Positions 25,037-37,300 of a stretch of DNA of 64,000 nt are shown here, one piece after another. How positions within the stretch are numbered: position 1 is the first letter of the stretch; every line of letters starts with the position of its first letter. Source of the DNA: Mobula birostris (Eukaryota); contig NC_092376.1 in the NCBI RefSeq assembly GCF_030028105.1, positions 179,280,080-179,344,079 on the forward strand. The letters run 5' to 3'. The position numbers and the translations under genes were made by a program. A model generated the notes under the pieces. The model saw only the letters and a program-made list of their open reading frames with translations, searched no databases and was not told the origin of the DNA.

Positions 25037-27534
25037 GTGAGTACTGCAATCAAGAGGTATGGCCTCAGTATTAAAGCAGAGAAACATGTCGCTAAGTCAA
25101 AGAAGTAGATTAGCTTCTACATACAGTCCGATTACTTTGCGCGTCCGCAGCATTTCATTAATTTTATATTTGTAATATTTAATCATTATTAAGCGAATCT
25201 CTAATTATCTGATATACTGATTGTACATCTTTGCGGACTGTGGTTATCCGCTGAGTAAAAGAAACAGACCAATAGAGTTTATATCGATACTGATACCGAC
25301 TCTTTGATGTAGCCTGAACAGAACCTGGTTGTCATCGTGTTATTAGAGTAGCACCGAGGAATGTAGTAAAGGATGATGGCAGTAAAGTGTAGGCATTGCT
25401 GAAAGTAATTACTTAACACTTAACAGCAGCAATGGACAGTGAATTTCGCAATAGTTGCGATTTCCGCAATACATTTTGTCACAGATTAGTCGTTTCTACT
25501 TTTTGTCTTAGTTATTCGTTTTCCATCTGAAGCAATTTAGAACATTCTGCAATAGCCTTGCATCTGTTCATTGTAATTGACATGTTATAAACGAACGGGG
25601 AAAAGAATAAACAAAGATAAATGAGGAATATATAGGTTTGGGCTGGCAGGTTATTTCGCCAGCAGGTGCAATGAGTCTTTAGGACATATTGTCATCACGT
25701 TTGTGCAACAGTTTTTGAAATAACTCTCATTTTTGCTATAAAATAAAAAGCTCAAATATGAAAGCTTAAGTATAGTGTTGACATTATATTCATGTTAAAA
25801 TGGCCCATCACAAACTGTGATATCACGTGGCGTTACGTGATTAAAAAAGGAGGGGGTGTTTAGTAGGAATGTGCGACTTCTTCCACATGTTTATTTATGA
25901 TATTCAGAGACATAGGTTTGGTCTTACATGGTGACCTACTTTTCTGTGCAAACATGCAATGTAACGTGCTTTTCCTTTATTGCGTAATTTTTCATATAAT
26001 GAGGATTCAGAAGCAAAGTTAACGTTTAAATTCCATAGTATATTATCCACTAATAACGTCAATCATCCCCATTCTACAATACGTTTTTGAAATTACCTTC
26101 AATGTACTATATGACATTTTGGGATTTTGATTCAGGAAGTCGAATAAACTTCTAGATAATTTGAAAGTAGAGTGATTACTAAATAACAGGAACTTATGAG
26201 AGAAAATCATGATGTCAACAGAAATCCTGTTGGTGTTACAGCTCCCGTGAACTTCCGGCACTAACCCTACCTCACAGAATTGAGGAGCTTCTATATATGA
26301 TGATCCTCCCTATCAATTACAACGCATTTGGTAGGCTTTTTTCTTCGATGTGCGTCAGGCCTGAAGGAAATGAAATTTTAAATTGAGCTGTTGGTATTAA
26401 TTTAAGGTCACGCATTCCAGGATAGCATCAACATATGGAGCATTGGTAGAGCTACATTTATCTAGTCATGCACTCGCTCTTCGTTCCGACATTTCAGATA
26501 AAACAAACTTTTCATCAATGAGTCACTTCGCAGAAATCTATAGGAATGTTTAGCAAGCGAGTACTCGCCTCTCACAGCAAAGAGTTGCGGAGAATTGTGG
26601 TCAACTATCTATTCATGCCACCCCTCCCTTTTAATGTTATGCCTACACATTGTCAAGGACTAGGAAGAGACCTGATAAAGGTCAGAATCGACTGTGCCTA
26701 GCCTCTCACTCCAAAGTTTCCAATGGAGTAACGCAATGACAATTGCAAACCTACACATACAACAATCTCGACAAGTCTCCTCCCATTCTGCTTCCTGAAA
26801 AGAGCTCGTTTAATTGCCTAAGGATCGGTTGCTCCGTCGCATCTTTTTCCGAAATAGCATAACTCCAAAATTTGCCCATTTTCCCTCAATCCTCGTTTCC
26901 CCAAGTCATGTCGTTAAAGGGGCTTTCAAGACTTCAGCTCTCGGTCCATCTCACACACTTAGATGAAGGATGGAGAACCCTTTGTTATCAACATCCACGT
27001 CGCAGACTCCATATTCAATTGCTTGATACTTAAATGCCCTTTTCAGCTCAAATTTCTTTCCTCTGTGGAATAGATGGCGATGTTTGTTGAAATTATTATT
27101 GCAGTACTTTATTATATTTTGCCTTATCTTATTTTCTAACAGCTTATCCTGTTTTACGCAATATTCAAACCAATTTTTGGGATCTCAGAAATAAAATTTA
27201 TGCACTACGTCCATTTAATCATTTTTCCACAGATTTAAAAAAAAATGTTTAAAAGCCGTTTGACCAGATACATGCTGCATTGAATCCTGTGAGTGTCGCT
27301 GCTGCGCCTGAGGCTTCAATAATATATATTCAATGGCTTCTTGTTGCCTACTATACTTTCTATTTTGCCGCAGCATCCTGGTGTCCGAATTCATAATCCC
27401 GGGGCGTCGCATTGTGTAGTACAGTATTATGAAAATCGGAACACTATTGTAGGAATGACAATGAGATCATAAATGACGTTAATCGCATCAGATATTAGCA
27501 GCTGGACTCCGGCAATATGACACATGGGGTTCCG

Positions 27535-27950
27535 AAGATACTGGCAATCCAAAGCAATACACACAAAAAGAAACAATGCTGGAGGAATTCAACAGGTCAG
27601 GCACCATCTATGGAAGGAATAAAGGAATACACAGTCGACGTTTCGGGCTGAGATTCTCCATTCGCTCTGGAAAGGAAGAGTGAAGAAACCAAAATATGAA
27701 GGTGAGTGGAAAGGAAGTAGTACAAGCTGTCAGGTGGTGGGCGAAGCCAGGTGAGCGGAAAGATGGTGGTTAGAGGAGGGGAGAAGCTGGGAGGAGATAG
27801 ATAGAAAAAATAAAGTTGCGCAGAAGAAGGAAACTGATAGGAGAGAAGAGTGGACAATGGGAGAGAAGGAAGGAGGAGACGCTCTTCGGGAAGCTTACAG
27901 GCAGGTGAGGAGAAGAGAAGACGTAAGAGGGGAGCCAGATTAAGGCCAGA
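27535..27950 (-). mobile_element. Penelope-like 3' fragment with hammerhead motif (27632-27669)
   Basis: Same terminus as the 10418 and 52325 copies. Reverse complement has an intact CCC-GAAAC-GTC-GACTG 3' half and a degenerate 5' half. Confidence 0.75.
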
Positions 27951-28819
27951 ATTAATGACTGGGACATAATGAATGTCCTCCTGCATACTTAAAACATATG
28001 ATTTGTGCTACCCTAATTTGAGGTAACGGAAACTTCTCTCCGTGATTATTTTAGCAATTTTCGGTTAAATGCAGCCTGGGATGAGAAGCATTTTGTCGAT
28101 CGACTAAAGATTGAAATCCATCCCTTTTATCGATGTTTACTATAAACTACGACAAAGACTGAAGCTGATTGCTTCTGACACAGTCCAGTCAAGCAACGGC
28201 ATGCGCTATAAATTCCACTTCAGTCAATTTGCTGAGGATGGAGACTAGGATGCCTGAGCAGACAGTGACCACAAAAATGAGGCCTGATATTTTGAAACAC
28301 ATCGTATCTGGAAGTATATTTTACCTTGTTTCTCGGTAAATACCATAATTGTGGACATATAAAACTAGCTTGAACAGGGACATTGCGGTATCCTGAATAC
28401 AAACTTTCAGTACCATAGTCGGAATGTTGTCACTATCAATAGATTTTTCTCTATCCGATGGATTCAATGATTTTGGCAGCTCTTCTTTTATTGGCTATAG
28501 AGCTATTCCACTAGCTAAATAAAAACTGCACCAGTTTTCAAAGCACGATCAGCCGCATATATTTTAGAAATTTATATGAGAGAATGACTTGATGACATAA
28601 TAATATAATAATGATTACATTATGCTATAACAACGGGAAAGCCATAGATGGAGGAGAAGTGCAACATCTTTCTCCTCTGAATGAAATGTCTAATAATAGA
28701 CTTACTATTTACATAGCCCCATCATCCGCATTGGGGCATACAACACAGACGGCTGCTCACCAATCCTCTGTCCTGGGTCAGTCTTTCAATTTATACCCGG
28801 GTATAACCTATAGGGGGTG

Positions 28820-29315
28820 CAGCGTAGGTTCACTAGGTTAATTCCTGGGATGTCCGGACTGTCTTACGCAGAGAGGTTAGAGAGACTGGGCTTGTAGACG
28901 ATGGAATTAAGGAGATTGAGGGGGGATCTGATTGAGACGTATAAGATTATTAAGGGATTGGACAAGATAGAGGCAGGAAATATGTTCCAAATGCTGGGAG
29001 AGTCCAGTACCAGAGGGCATGGTTTAAGAATAAGGGGTAGGTCATTTAGGACAGAGTTAAGGAGGAACTTCTTCTCCCAAAGAGTTGTGGAGTTGTGGTA
29101 CGCGCTGCCTCAGAAGGCAGTGGAGGCCAATTCTCTGGATGCTTTCAAGAAGGAGATAGATAGGTATCTTATGGATAGGGGAATCAAGGGTTAAGGGGAC
29201 AAGGCGGGAACCGGGTATTGATAGTAGATGATCAGCCATGATCTCAGAATGGCGGTGCAGGCTCGAAGGGCCGAATGGTCTACTTCTGCACCTATTGTTT
29301 ATTGTCTATTGTCTA
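28820..29315 (+). mobile_element. Young CR1 3' fragment
   Basis: ORF 28901-29194 (RRLRGDLIETYKI...TRGH...NFFSQRVV) with a CTATTGT-repeat tail. Confidence 0.9.
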
Positions 29316-30507
29316 TACTCGAAGGTCATTCCTCTCCCAGGGACGAGGACATTGGAGCTTCTGTTTGGGTTTTCTATTGCTCTGTTTTATTACGGGACTG
29401 GGTACCTATTCGCTATGCTCAACCCTCCTCCTTTCGCAGCCGGACTTGGGGACATCCAGAATGTATGCATATGAAGTGAAAGCGTGTGGCATCAAAGGAG
29501 ATGTGCCGAATAGATCTCTACACTGGGAGTGAAGGAATAGGCAGGTACGCTGAGATTAGTGGGTGCCTGGAATATGCTGCGTGGAATGGCGCTGGGGGGA
29601 AATATAATAGAGGCATTCAACTGTCCATTAGATAGGTATATGAATGTGCAGAATATGGAATTAACATAGTAACTGTGGAGGCAGAAGGAATGAGTTTAGC
29701 TGGGCATTCGGTGAATCGTTCACATAGTTTGGAATAATATTTTGGGCCAAAAGGCATGTCCCTCTGCTGTACTGTTCAATTTTATATGTTCCATTGTTTT
29801 ACTGCATTCAAATTAAAACCAAAATCGAGAGTAATTTTGGAAGATGATTGCAGTATGGGATGATAACTTTCTGACTGAACTGAATTACTTCAGCAACACT
29901 AGTGGTAATAGCTTGTAATTTCTTGCAGTAACTTTACATAAACAACATTCGTTCATAATATAAGCGTATTTCTTTTTGGAAACCCTTGATATAAATAGAA
30001 GAAATTAATTGTAAAACGTTAGTTGGGGGGCATGATATTGATTTAATTTGTGGCTGAATTACGAGTCTCACAATTCCCTTAACTCAACGGGAAACAGAGT
30101 GTCTAAAATTTGTGCAAAGGAATTAAGGCTTAAATTTAAAGAACTGTAAGGATAATTCCAACGAAAATTCAACAATGAAGTTACAATTTATATGGTTGGT
30201 ATTGGACCTCCTTAATAACGGCAACGTTCCTGTCCGAAATTTAGATGGGAGCTCATTCTTGCCTTGTTTTCAAATATGGTAAATAACTTTCAGTATTCTG
30301 TGTTTAAGAAAACGCGTTTAGGATTTGAAACCTGACACCATGCTGACATTTTTTTGCAAACTATATCCCTCTGAGAGACAAAATTTGCTTTTATTTACGG
30401 ATAAATATATGCGGAGGTCGTTGGAACGCCATTTGAAGATTACCTTATTCATTTTCATTTTTTATGTGAATCTTTACCCTTTTTAACTAGAGTTCAGTTT
30501 TATTAAT

Positions 30508-30630
30508 ATTCTCAGTGCAGTTATAGGCTGAGACTCTTTGTGTCGCTGTCTACCAATAAGGAGGTGAAATGCAGCTGGTGATCCACCACCCATCCCCCAA
30601 TATCCGAGAAAAGAAGCAGAGTAATGGCGG
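30508..30630 (+). promoter_or_regulatory. cPcdh promoter 3 (CSE, CGCT 30544)
   Basis: Invariant 43-mer at 30526-30568. Confidence 0.9.
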
Positions 30631-30779
30631 AGTGCGCTGGAACAAAGCGAATCTTCTCCACAGGCGATCGCTCTTCCTCGACTTATTTCCACTATTGAAT
30701 GGATTGCTTCGGATATCGAGCAGAATGTAATCAACCGTGAACGTTTTTGTGGGTTTAGACTATCTATGCTGCAAAAGCA

Positions 30780-33227
30780 ATGACACAAACAAGTGTCCCC
30801 CGCGTGCTTAGGAAATCAGAGATATCATCCATCTTTCTGCTTTGTGTGTGGAATCTGGTTAGCGGGCAGATTCGTTACTCCATTCCTGAAGAATTGAAAC
30901 CTGGTGCCTTTGTCGGAAAAATCGGAAAGGATTTGGGTTTGAGTATACAGGAGCTGGCAAGTCGGAAATTCAGAATTCTACCAGTCGCATCAATGCAATA
31001 TTTAAATGTGAACCGAGAGAATGGGATTTTATTCGTGAATGCAAGAATTGACAGGGAACAGCTATGTGGTCAAATTGATGACTGTGTACTGCTCATGGAA
31101 GCGGTGGTTGAAAATCCCGTCGAACAATACCGGGTGGAAGTTGAGATTCTGGATATAAATGATAACTCGCCGATTTTTCCGAACAGGGAACTTCAGTTGG
31201 AGATTTCGGAATCGGTAATGCCCGGAACACATATCCCCTTAGAGCGTGCACATGATCTGGACGGAAGAAATAATTCTATCCGCATGTATCGGCTTAATAG
31301 AAATGAGCTTTTCATTTTAAATGTACAAAGTACAGGAAAGTGGAAGTTACCCGAATTAGTACTGCAGAAGACTCTCGACCGAGAAAAAGAAATGAAGTAC
31401 AGTTTGCTACTGACCGCGCTTGACGGCGGTACTCCACAAAGGTCAGGTACTGCTCATATAAATATTGTTATTTTGGATGTAAATGATAATCTTCCCGTTT
31501 TCCAGAAATCGCTGTATAGTGTTAGTCTGAGGGAGAACGTCCCCGTCAATTCTTTAGTGATTCAGCTTAACGCGACTGACTTAGATGAGGGTACTAATGG
31601 TGAGATCATTTATTCTTTCGGCAGTAGTAATGAACCAAGATTAAATGAAATATTTGCTATTAATCCCAACTCAGGGGAGATTCATACAATAGGAATGTTA
31701 GACTTTGAGCAAACGAATGCTTATCAGATTCACGTGGAAGCAAAGGACAGAAGTGCGCAACCTTTATCTGCACACTGCAACGTGCGGGTGGAAATTACAG
31801 ACGTCAATGACAACTCGCCAGACTTGACCATAAATTCTATTTCCGGCACAGTCAACGAAGATGTCCCCACTGGAAATTTGATAGCGTTACTCAATATCAA
31901 AGATCGCGATTCCAATCAAAACGGAGACATAGACTGTTCAATTTCTCCTAACATCCCTTTTGAGCTACAATCTTCCTTTACAAATTCTTACAGACTGGTA
32001 ACTAGTGCACTACTGGACAGAGAAAAAGTTCCTCAATATATTATAACGGTGACTTGTAAAGACCATGGTTCGCCTTCGTTATATTCCAATAAAACCATAA
32101 TTGTCAATGTTTCGGATGTAAACGATAATGCTCCACAATTTACGCAGCCTTCATATACCGTCTACGTGACCGAAAACAATCAAGCTGGCAGCTACATTGG
32201 AAAAGTGACAGCTTTGGATCTTGATATTAATCGAAATTCACAGATATCTTACGCTATTGTGCAACCACAGTCGTTGCCAGTATCTTCTTATCTCTATATC
32301 AATTTAACCAACGGCAATATGTACTCCAAAATATCATTTGACTATGAGCAGCTTAAGACTTTTCGGTTTCACGTTCGAGCTCAGGATGCGGGATTACCAT
32401 CGCTTTCTACCGATGTATCTGTGCAAGTGATCGTCTTGGATCAGAACGACAATACACCTACTATACTATCAACCGGAACAAAGGGCAATGCTAGTTTACA
32501 TGTTCTCCGATCTGCGTATCCCGGATATTTGGTAACAAAAATCGTTGCATCCGACGCAGATTCTGGTAAGAATGGACAACTTTCCTATCAGCTGAAACAG
32601 GCCACTGTCCCGGGTCTTTTTATGGTTTCACATAATTCAGGAGAAATAAGAAGTGTTCGGTGGTTCAAAGATAGCGATGCCACTACACAAAAGCTAACCG
32701 TTCATGTGAAAGACAATGGATACCCATCCCTTTCGACTACGGCAATCTTAACTGTTACAGTAATTGATGAAGATACAACGTATCAGCCGGACATTAGTGA
32801 ACATCGCCAGGATATGATAAACAGGCAGCAATTAAGTTTCTATATAGTAATTACTTTGGGAGCAACTTCTTTAATCCTGCTGGTGATTATAATTGTGCTT
32901 TTTGTTGTAATGTGCCCAATGAGCAGAAGAGCTGCTTCCAGAAATTTCTGGGCTTTGGAACCCTGCTGCTGCACCAGAGATTTGGAATATCCGAATACAA
33001 ATGTCAATCTTCAGTTTGATCGGGATTCCCACCTTCCTCCAAGTATACTTGAGGTTCGCGGCAATGGATCCCTTAGAGAAACGTATCGCTATAAAATTCG
33101 GTCGGCGCCTGAACCAGATGAAATTTGTTTCACGCCATTCAGTCCGCCGATGGCAGGAATCATTGGAAAGAACGGCAAATTTACGCTGCAATACAACGCA
33201 AATGCGGATAAGACCTGGTCAAACGAG
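30780..33227 (+). CDS. Clustered protocadherin variable exon 3
   Basis: ATG at 30780; SP, EC1-6, TM. Phase-0 donor GAG|GTAAGT at 33227/33228; unspliced stop at 33296. Confidence 0.95.
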
Positions 33228-34374
33228 GTAAGTGCTGTGAACAACTTAGGACATGTAAATTTTACAACGTCATTAACCCCTAATGGTGTGAGATAACGTG
33301 ACCTACATATACGAGCAACTCTTACGTTGATTACCATTTTCTGACTGTATATTTATTACGTGCGGCGCTTTATAATTCCTAAGATAATTCGTGGAAAATT
33401 ACTGATCTTGTGTATTTATGATATAATTGTCACCTTTGCCGGTTTGCAATTAATTAGGCGATCAAAACAATATAGACTTATGCAAATTGAACTTGTTACT
33501 ACCTCTGTGATACACAACCTTAAAGGACAAGGGCCATCATTTCAGTACTGTATTAGTACCGGATAAGTGTTAAAAATTCTATGGCGAACACAACATACAT
33601 TGCATATAAATACAGTAGACCTTCGTTTAAAATCGTAGCGCGAAATATTTAATCGTTAAGATAAGGTGCTGAAATAACATAGTTATGCTAAGTTACATTC
33701 ATCCACATAAGTGGACATGTTCACCTACAGCTATCTATCTATCTATGTGTCCATCTGTCTGTTTGCTGTGTGTCTGTCAGTTCACCTGACTCAAAAAGAC
33801 AGATGAACTTCACGCTCCACTAGAGAAGACCAGATCACAATTTGCGCTCTGTTTCACCTTCAATATCGTTGTAAGGTTTACAACATTGAATTTAGAACAT
33901 TGACACATTTTATTTCGATTTTACTGACTCTGAGGCATGGCCTTCACCTCCAGCTATTAAACTTTGCTCCCAGTATGTCATTCGGTTCTTCCTATATGCT
34001 TCGGACTTTTTAATTGAAATCCATTTTTTTAATATGTTGTAATACTTATGAAAACAATTGTATTCATTCATTTTATATCAATTTAAAATTAACAGAGACT
34101 ATCACCGAAATGTTAAGAAGCGTTCAGCAACTAAAAGCAGCAAAACGTTCTACTTGGCTTTGTTGGCCAGTAGTCAGGCGTTCCCACATGATGTCTAATC
34201 ACTCCTTGCAACCTGCTGTGTTCACGGTGTTACTCAGGAATAATATGCCCATGATCATTGATGTTGTATTTTCACAATATCGACATATGGGCATTGGAGA
34301 ATTGTCCCCGGCGGCAGTTCCGATTGATGCGCTAAAAGATTAGTGAATAAATGTCATAGGTTCAAAAAGCTAGA

Positions 34375-37300
34375 GATCTAGAAAATTATAAGGCTAACAT
34401 GAAGGAGTTTAAGAAAGAAATTAGGACAGCCAGTAGCCAGTAGAGTGAAGAAATGGGGTAGAGAAAGTCGTTTTTTTAAAAACACTGCTCGGGGAGAAGG
34501 GTCTGCACTGCGCAGGCGCGTGACGTAGCGCGCCAAGGTTTAAAAAGCAGACCACCATATACAGCGGCCATCATCGGAATGGACTGAGTCAGAGTGGGAC
34601 GGCTTTGGCTCAACAGGCTTCGGCAAGAACAGGCAGAGGCCAGGGTAGGTTCCGGTAAGTTTTTTGTTCAGATTATTTAGAGTAGAAAGAATGCCAGGCA
34701 GGATGTTGGAATGCTCCTCTTGCAGGATGTGGGAAGTCAGGGATCCCTCCGGTGTCCCTGACAACGAAACCTGCAAGAAGTGCATCCAGCTGCAGCTTCT
34801 AACAAATAGCGTTAGGGAACTGAGCAGGAGCTGAATGACCTGCGGATCATTCGGGAGAATGAGGAGATTATAGATAGTAGCTACAGGGAGGTAGTTACGC
34901 CAAAAGAGCAGAGGACAGGAAATTGGGTCACTGTCAGGCGAGGGAAGAGGAAAGGGCAGGCAGAGCAGGGTTCCCCTGTGGCTATTCCCCTCAACAACAA
35001 GTATACTGCATTGGATACTGTTGGGGGGATGACTTACCTGGGACAAGCTGCAGTAGTTGGATCTCTGGCACTGAGTCTGGCTCTGCAGTGCAGAAGGGAG
35101 GGTGGAAAAAGAGGAGAGCGGTAGTGATAGGGGACTCGATAGTTAGAGGTGCAGATAGGAGGTTCTGTGGTGATGACAGAGAATCCAGGATGGTTTGTTG
35201 CCTCCCAGGTGCCAGGGTCAAGGATGTCTCTGATCGCTTGCATGACACTCTGAAGTGGGAGGGTGATCAGCCAGATGTCATTGTGGGCATCGGTACCAGT
35301 GACATAGCAAGGAAGAGTGAGGATGTCCTGGAGAGTGAGTATAGAGAGCTTGGTAGGAAGTTGAAAAGCAGGACCTCAAGGGTCCTAATCTCAGGATTGT
35401 TACCTGTGCTACGTGCCAGTGAGGGTAAGAATAGAATGCTCTGGAGGATGAACAAGTGGCTGAGAAACTGGTGTAGGGGACAGGGTTTCAGATTTCAGGA
35501 TCATTGGGACCTTTTCTGGGGCAGGTGGGACATGTACAAGAGAGACGGGTTACACTTGAACTACAGGGGGACGTATATCCTTTCAGGGAGGTTTGTTAGT
35601 ACTATTGGGGAGGCTTTAAACTAGATTTGCAGGGGATGGGAACCACAGTGCCAGAAAATAAATGATGTTAAAAGTTCAAGCAAATCCGCTAATAGAAAGG
35701 TTGTGAGTTGTTGTAAAAATCTTCTGAGGTGTATATATTGCAATGCTAATAGTATTGCGGGGAAGGCGGATGAGTTGAGGGCGTGGATTGACACGTGGAA
35801 TTATGACGTTATAGCAATTAGTGAAACTAAACTACAGGAGGGGCAGGACTGGCAGCTTAATATTCCAGGCTTCCGATGTTTCAGATGAGGAATGAAAGGT
35901 GGGGGAGCAGCATTGCTTGTTAGAGAAAATATTACAGCAGTGCTCAGGCAGGACAGATTAGAGGGCTTGTCTACTGAGTCCTTATGGGTGGAGCTGAGAA
36001 ACAGGAAAGGTATGGCCACATTAGTGGGATTGTATTACAGACCATCCAATAGTCAACAAGAATTGGAAGAGCAAATCTGCAGAGAGATAGCAGGCAACTG
36101 CAGGAAACATAAAGTTGTGGTGGTAGGGGATTTTAATTTTCTATATAGTGATTAGGACTCCCATACTGTTAGGGGTCTAGATGGTTTAGAGATTGTAAAA
36201 TGGGTTCAGGAAAATTTTCTAAATCAATATATAGAGGGACGAACTAGAGGGGATGCAATATTGGATCTCCTGTTAGGAAACGAGTTAGGACAAGTGATGG
36301 AAGTCTGTGTAGGGGAACACTTTGGTTCCAGTGATCATAACACCATTATTTTCAACTTGATCATGGACAAGGATAGATCTGGTCCTAGGGTTGAGTTTCT
36401 GAACTTGAAGAAGGCCAAATTTGAAGAAATGAGAAAGGATCTAAAAAGCGTGGATTGAGACAGGTTGTTCTCTGGCAAAGATGTGATAGGTAGGTGGGAA
36501 GCCTTCAAAGGAGAAGTTTTGAGACTGCAGAGTTTGTAGGTTCCTGTCAGGATTAAAGGCAAAGTGAATAGGAATAAGGAACCTTGGTTCTCAAGCGATA
36601 TTGCAACTCTGATAAAGAAGAAGAGGGAGTTGTATGACATGTATAGGAAACAGGGAGTAAATAAGGTGCTTGAGGAGTATACGAAATGCAAGAAAATACT
36701 TAAGAAAGAAATCGGGAGGGCTAAAAGAAGACATGAGGTTGCCTTAGCAGTCAAAGTGAAGGATAATCCAAAGAGCTTTTGCAGGTATATTAAGAGCAAA
36801 AGGATTGTAAGGGATAAAATTGGTCCTCTTGAAGATCAGAGTGGTCTGCTGTGTGCGGAACCAAAGAAAATGGGGGCGATCTTAAATAGTTCTTTTTTAC
36901 ATCTCTATTTACTAAGGAAACTGGCATGAAGTCTACGGAATTAAGGGAAATAAATCGTGAGATCATGGAAACTGTACAGATTGAAAAGGAGGAGGTGCTT
37001 GCTGTCTTGAGGAAAATTAAAGTGCATAAATCCCCGGGACCTGACAGGATGTTCCCTCGGACCTTGAAGGTGACTAGTGTTGAAATTGCAGGGACCCTGG
37101 CAGATATATTTAAAATGTCGCTGTCTACAGGTGAGGTGCTATAGGATTGGACAGTGGCTCATGTTGTTTGGTTGCTTCAAAAAGGATAGAAAAGTAATCC
37201 GGGAAATTATAGGCCGGTAAGTTTAACGTCAGTAGTAGGTAAGTTATTGGAGGGAGTACTAAGAAACAGAATCTACAAGTATTTGGATAGACAGGGACTT

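Noticed and set aside
26680-27030. Possible very old Penelope RT C-terminal fragment (and a GIY-YIG-like scrap at ~4170-4300)
   Set aside because: The resemblance is too degraded to support boundaries without a profile search.
34923-35624. Host SGNH esterase gene
   Set aside because: It is the ORF1 esterase domain of the surrounding CR1, with other decayed copies at ~2600-2950 and ~53870-54390.
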